Source of the DNA: a virus
Strand: one strand, 5' to 3'
IMG/VR virus record: IMGVR_UViG_3300050343_000270
Location: 32,001 to 96,000 of that record
DNA: 64,000 nt
The position numbers and the translations under genes are program-made. How positions within the stretch are numbered: position 1 is the first letter of the stretch; each line of letters starts with the position of its first letter. Below the pieces are notes generated by a model. That model made no database searches. It was given only the letters and a program-made list of their open reading frames with translations, and was not told the DNA's origin. Shown here piece by piece: positions 59,252 through 64,000 of the stretch.

Positions 59252-60434
59252 AGTTACAGTAGGTATCGCAGGGATCTCGTTTGCTCTGGAAAGCAACCCC
59301 GACTTAAAATACGAAAAGATAGAAGAAGGATCTTCAATGGAGCTAATTGCAGAGCCAACTAATAGTTTTGACAGCAAGGCTATACGTTTAGAATACAAGG
59401 GTCTAAAGTTAGGTTATGTTCCTAGAAAAAAAGAGGGGGTATCTTTTGTCATTCAGTCATGGTGTCATGAAAATTTTAACTCTGTTACCGCTAAAGTAGA
59501 GCAAGTCTGGTATAAGAAAGATGGTGTCGTTGATTCAGAACATTCTGAAGGATCTGAGATAATCGGTGTTGATGTGTGTTTTAACATACCAAAAGAAGCC
59601 TATCCATCAACAGATGTAATTATTACAAAACATTCTTTTTCTGAGCCTAATGTGATTGTTGATTTTAATGATACTCAGCATATTTACAATATGCGTTGTG
59701 AAAACGGCGAGTATAAAGTGCTTCAGGGAGGCACTACATTCATTAAACGATTTTTTAAACCATTTGATGCAGAAAGAATATCTCGTCAATGCTCTCGGTA
59801 TTGGGGAGTCCCTGCTGAAGAAATATCAGAAATGTGGAACTCTAACGGCATGGTCGCCGCTGGATTTGGAACAGTTGTTCACGCCGCTTTGGAACATTAT
59901 ATCAACTTTGAAAAATCTGGTAAAATCATAACCGATGCTCGTAAGAAATCAGGCAAGGGCAATAACGAAAATTACGCCATGCCTAAGCATCCTTTTTTAA
60001 AGCAAACAATTAAATCTTTGCGTAGGATTACAAACAAGCTCGACAAAGAACATAACGCGGAAGAAATTGTTGCGGAAGCACTTATCACAGACTCTGCTAC
60101 GGGCTGGGGCGGTTTGGTAGATCGACTCTGTGTCATAGACTCGAAGAAAAAAATAGCTAGAATTCAAGATTATAAAGTTAACATCAATGCTGAAGTTATT
60201 GAGTCTCATAGCAAACCGCTACCTCCGTTTAATAATATGCCAGCCAACAAGCTGACTAAATATGCTCTTCAGATGAGTTTTTATGGAGGGCTTCTGCAAA
60301 AGCATGGTTGGACTATTGATGGGTTGGATGTTTTTATATTTGAAGACAAGTGGGTTCACCATGAACTTCCTATAGTGGATTTTTCGGTATTAAAAAATAA
60401 AAAAAAAGAACTAAAGCAGGGTAACTTACTCTAG
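59244..60434 (+). CDS. HIRAN domain plus PD-(D/E)XK exonuclease
   Basis: EPTNSFDSKAI...KLGYVPR; GTVVH, GLVDRL...DYK, YALQMSFY. Confidence 0.8.
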   Translation: MTKVTVGIAGISFALESNPDLKYEKIEEGSSMELIAEPTNSFDSKAIRLEYKGLKLGYVPRKKEGVSFVIQSWCHENFNSVTAKVEQVWYKKDGVVDSEHSEGSEIIGVDVCFNIPKEAYPSTDVIITKHSFSEPNVIVDFNDTQHIYNMRCENGEYKVLQGGTTFIKRFFKPFDAERISRQCSRYWGVPAEEISEMWNSNGMVAAGFGTVVHAALEHYINFEKSGKIITDARKKSGKGNNENYAMPKHPFLKQTIKSLRRITNKLDKEHNAEEIVAEALITDSATGWGGLVDRLCVIDSKKKIARIQDYKVNINAEVIESHSKPLPPFNNMPANKLTKYALQMSFYGGLLQKHGWTIDGLDVFIFEDKWVHHELPIVDFSVLKNKKKELKQGNLL

Positions 60435-60471
60435 CTTTACATTGTGCTAATTTTATAATTAGTTTTCTGTC

Positions 60472-60500
60472 TTGACTTGTTTGTCATTATATCCTATATT
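60472..60500 (+). promoter_or_regulatory. sigma70-like promoter
   Basis: TTGACT-17-TATATT. Confidence 0.65.
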
Positions 60501-60520
60501 CTCGTTCATAGGATATTATT

Positions 60521-61225
60521 ATGTTACCTTTGTTTAAAACCCAGTTCAGTGTCGGCAAATCGATATTAACTATCGACCATATTCTTGAATTAGCTAAAGA
60601 AGCTGATCTTGATCAGCTTTGTGTTGTTGAGGACAACTTTTATGGCTTTCGCGAACTTAATCAAAAATGCCTTGAACAAGAAATCAAACTTGTTTTCGGC
60701 ATCAGACTGCCCGTTATTTCTGATTCTTTTGATGAAAACGAGCGTTTTAGCAAGCTGGTTTTTTTTGCTAAAAACAACCAAGGTTTGCGAGACATAAAAA
60801 ATCTTTATACAAACACCTATACAAGTGAATCGAGTGTCTTGGCGTTCTCTGAAACAAAAGACAAACTACAGAACATTAGAGTCGGTGTCCCATTCTACGA
60901 TTCCTTCGTCTACAACAATGTTTTTCATTTTGGGATGAGTAATATCGACTTGGATGGCGTTGATCATTTTTATATGGTTGAGGATAACAACCACCCGTTT
61001 GATTTTCAAATTAATCGCACACTTGACAAATTAAAAATCAACAATAAAACTTTAGTCAAAACCATTTGCTACGAAAACAGAGAAGACTTCAAAGCGTTTC
61101 AAATGCTTCGCGCCGTTTGCTCCCGCTCTCAAGGCAAAAGCCCAACCTTTGGCAACCCTAACCTAAACCATTTTTGCTCTCAAGAATTTTGTTGGCAAAG
61201 CTGGAAAGAACAATCCAATGCTTAA
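60521..61225 (+). CDS. Stand-alone PHP domain of DNA polymerase III alpha
   Basis: FSVGKSIL, IKLVFGIR, LVFFAKNNQG...L. Confidence 0.75.
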   Translation: MLPLFKTQFSVGKSILTIDHILELAKEADLDQLCVVEDNFYGFRELNQKCLEQEIKLVFGIRLPVISDSFDENERFSKLVFFAKNNQGLRDIKNLYTNTYTSESSVLAFSETKDKLQNIRVGVPFYDSFVYNNVFHFGMSNIDLDGVDHFYMVEDNNHPFDFQINRTLDKLKINNKTLVKTICYENREDFKAFQMLRAVCSRSQGKSPTFGNPNLNHFCSQEFCWQSWKEQSNA

Positions 61226-61836
61226 ATACGACCAAAAATATATTGTCTTTGACACAGAAACAGAAGGTTTTGAATCTTTGTTATTCTCGACCTTGGCAGA
61301 TTTCATGGGTGGAGGCTCAAGGTAAAAAAATAATCTCTGAACACGATCTTTATGTTGATTATGACGACTTAAATCTTTCTCCGATGATTAAAAAGATGAC
61401 TGGCTTTAGTGACGCAAAATACAACAGGGAGAAACAACCCTTGGCTGATGTGTGGGAAGCCTTGAAAAAATATCTTTTAAATCCCGAATACATAGTGGTT
61501 GGTCAAAACCTGTTGGGGTTTGATGTTTATATGGTCGCGATTATGCAGAACATGTTGGGGGAGACTCCAGACTATAGCTACTTGGATCGTATTTACGACA
61601 CACGCGCTTTGGGCAGGGCATACCGAGAAGACATTCGGAAACCAAGCTCAGACTTCTTAGCGTGGCAATATAAGCTCATGCATCAGCGCGGAGCAAGGGG
61701 AAAGAGTGTTAGTCAGTTGCAGTTACTGAAGCTGTTTGGCATTGACTTTAATGAAAAGTTGTTGCATAATTCTCTCTACGACACAAAGATGTGCTTCGAG
61801 GTGTTTTTAAAATTGAAGAAAGCATTAGAACTATAG
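61218..61836 (+). CDS. DEDDh 3'-5' exonuclease (epsilon-like), frameshift at ~61270
   Basis: VFDTETEG(LNL), GQNLLGFD, YDT, HNSLYDT; one extra T in GGTTTTG. Confidence 0.8.
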
Positions 61837-61910
61837 TGAGCATTCAATGATCATTTGCCTTAGATAAAGAAATAGAGATAACCAATAAAAAATTCAGAAT
61901 TACCCAAATA

Positions 61911-64000
61911 ATGTTTAAAGACTTTACTATTTATGATTGCGTAGAACCAGCGGGTGTTGAGCTTCCTCAGACTCCCTGTAGATGAATCCGTTCTTGAAGA
62001 ATTGGATCTTAAAAAAGGCAGTTCGAATTACGAAATTGTTCGTAAGCTTTGTTATCAGGGTATGGTCGCAAAGGGTCTAGAAAAAGAGAAAAACTATATT
62101 GATCGCGTTAAGTTTGAATTAAACACCCTCAATACGCTTGGGTTCATTGATTATATTTTATTGAATTGGGATGTGATTAACTTCTGTCATGATAACGACA
62201 TCCCTGTCGGTGGAGGTCGCGGAAGTGCGGCGGGTTCTCTTGTCTTGTTTCTTTTGGGTGTAACGGACATTGATCCAATCCCACATGGTTTATTTTTTGA
62301 GCGATTTGTTTCCAAGAGTCGAGCGCGTAAAGTGACAGACAGTAACGGCAAAGAGTTTCTTGTTGGTAGTGTTCTTCCAGATATCGATAATGATATTTCT
62401 TATGAGAAGCGAGGGAAGGTAATCGAATATATTGAAAAAACTCACGCTGGTCGCACCGCTAAAATACTAACCTTCAATACCTTCAGTTCTAAGCTTTGTA
62501 TTCGCGAGGCGACAAAATATTTCGATGAAGCTAAAGAAGACGAAGCTAAAAATGTTAGTGACTTAATACCTAAGTTACACGGTCAAGTTTTATCCCTAAA
62601 GAACGCTAGGGAAGAAAGCGAGAAATTTGATGAGTGGTGTTCTTCTCATAGAACAACTATTGAAAACGCCATAGCTATAGAAAACCTAATAAAAAACACA
62701 GGTGTTCACCCATCTGGTATTGCAATTTGCAGTCAGAATATTGAAGATGTAGTTCCTCTACAGCTAACGAAAGATGGCGACTTGGTTACAGGCTACAATA
62801 TGCATGACGTTGCTGATCTTATGGTTAAGTTTGATATACTTGGCTTGAGAACTCTAACAATTGCTCACAAAACATGTCAGAAGCTTGGTATAAAATTAGA
62901 AGATATTGACCCTAACGACTTTAATATTTACAGGGTTTTGCAGGATTTCAATCACCCAGTGGGTCTGTTCCAGATTTCTGCTGATACCAACTTTCAAGTT
63001 TGCCAAGATGTTAAACCAATTGACCTGAATGAACTATCTGACGTTGTAGCTCTTGCTCGCCCGTCCAGCCTTCAATTTGTTGAAGATTACATTAGGCAGA
63101 AAAGATCTCCCGAAGAGTTGGGTATTGACCCCGTCATGGATGAACTTCTTCGTGAAAGTAAAAATGTATTTTTATATCAAGAAACCTTGATGCAATGTAT
63201 TTCTCAAGTTTTTGGTTTTTCTCTACAAGATGCTGATGATGTTCGCAGGATTGTTGGTAAGAAAATGGTTGAAAAAATGCAACCTTGGAAAGAGAAAATT
63301 TACAATGCCGCTCAAGAAAAGGGTATGGAAGAAAGAGTTGCTGATTTCTTCTGGTCAGCGTTGGAAGCCGCCGCGCACTATTCATTCAATAAATCTCACA
63401 GTTTCGCGTATGCAACCCTAGCGGCTAAGACTGTGTATCTTAAGTTCAACCACCCACAAGAGTTCTTCTTGAGCGTCTTGGAATCAGCAGAGTTTGAACC
63501 CGATCCCCTGCAAACTATTTCTTCAGTGAATCAAGAATTACCAGATTTTGGCATCAAACTTCTACCCCCCGATCTTTTTAAGTCAGGTTTAAATTTCCAG
63601 ATTGAGGGAGACGACATTCGATACGGCTTGAATAGTATTAAAGGTATTTCTCTGCGTTCTTTGAGGAGTCTTGTTTCATTTCGTGGCAATTCTTTTGACA
63701 ACAAGTATCACGCATTTGTTGCGGCGAAAGAATGCGGAATCAACATTTCTGTTCTTGCCGCTCTGATTCAAGCTGGAACGATGGACAGTAACACCGACAA
63801 TAGAATTCGTCTAGTTCTTGAGGCTCAATCATTTAACCTTCTAACAGACAGGGAGAAGAGAAATCTAGATAAGTTGGGAAATAAGTATAATTTTGATGTA
63901 TTGGATTCTATTGCTGATATCGTTGATAAGCAAGTTTTGGGTGATGACAATCGCCCGATTATGAAGCCAAGTCGATTTGAGACGTTCAAAAAGAAGTTTG
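61911..64000 (+). CDS. dnaE: DNA polymerase III alpha catalytic core (runs off window; frameshift at ~61975)
   Basis: GRGSAAGS, FERF, PDIDND, HPSG, KFDILGL, YSFNKSH read from the sequence; not in the ORF track. Confidence 0.92.

Noticed and set aside
61218-61990. Pseudogenised exonuclease and dnaE
   Set aside because: Catalytic motifs are intact on both sides of single extra bases; likely sequencing errors
49390-64000. Inteins or introns in nrdA, recA, dnaB or dnaE
   Set aside because: Protein lengths are compact and no intein or homing-endonuclease motifs were seen
1-64000. tRNA/rRNA genes, integrase, alternative genetic code
   Set aside because: None recognised by eye; long genes read cleanly in code 11. 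tRNAscan-SE was not run.

Overview
AT-rich segment of a large tailed dsDNA bacteriophage genome (no sheath gene recognised, long tape measure, so probably siphovirus-like). Layout: (i) 1-7.5 kb, minus-strand early/accessory region of small ORFs with repeated promoter modules and a His/Gly tetrapeptide-repeat protein; (ii) 7.6-40.4 kb, plus-strand late block: sigma-like factor, ERCC4 nuclease, terminase, portal, protease/scaffold, capsid, neck, tail tube, an inserted LRR/methyltransferase module, tape measure and tail-tip proteins; (iii) 40.4-64 kb, SSB, five glycosyltransferase-like genes, second sigma factor, nrdB/nrdA, gmd, RecA, DnaB, primase, exonuclease and a split DNA polymerase III (PHP, epsilon-like, alpha core). 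The most notable finding is at about 4.6-7.1 kb: an array of integron attC-type sites (three complete, many half sites) with matching R'/R'' cassette boundaries and no integrase in the window. Every gene there lies opposite to the canonical cassette orientation, and most use the attC itself for a stop codon, start codon or N-terminal leader. Five single-base frameshifts in conserved genes look like sequencing errors. All product calls come from motif recognition and synteny; no database search was run.
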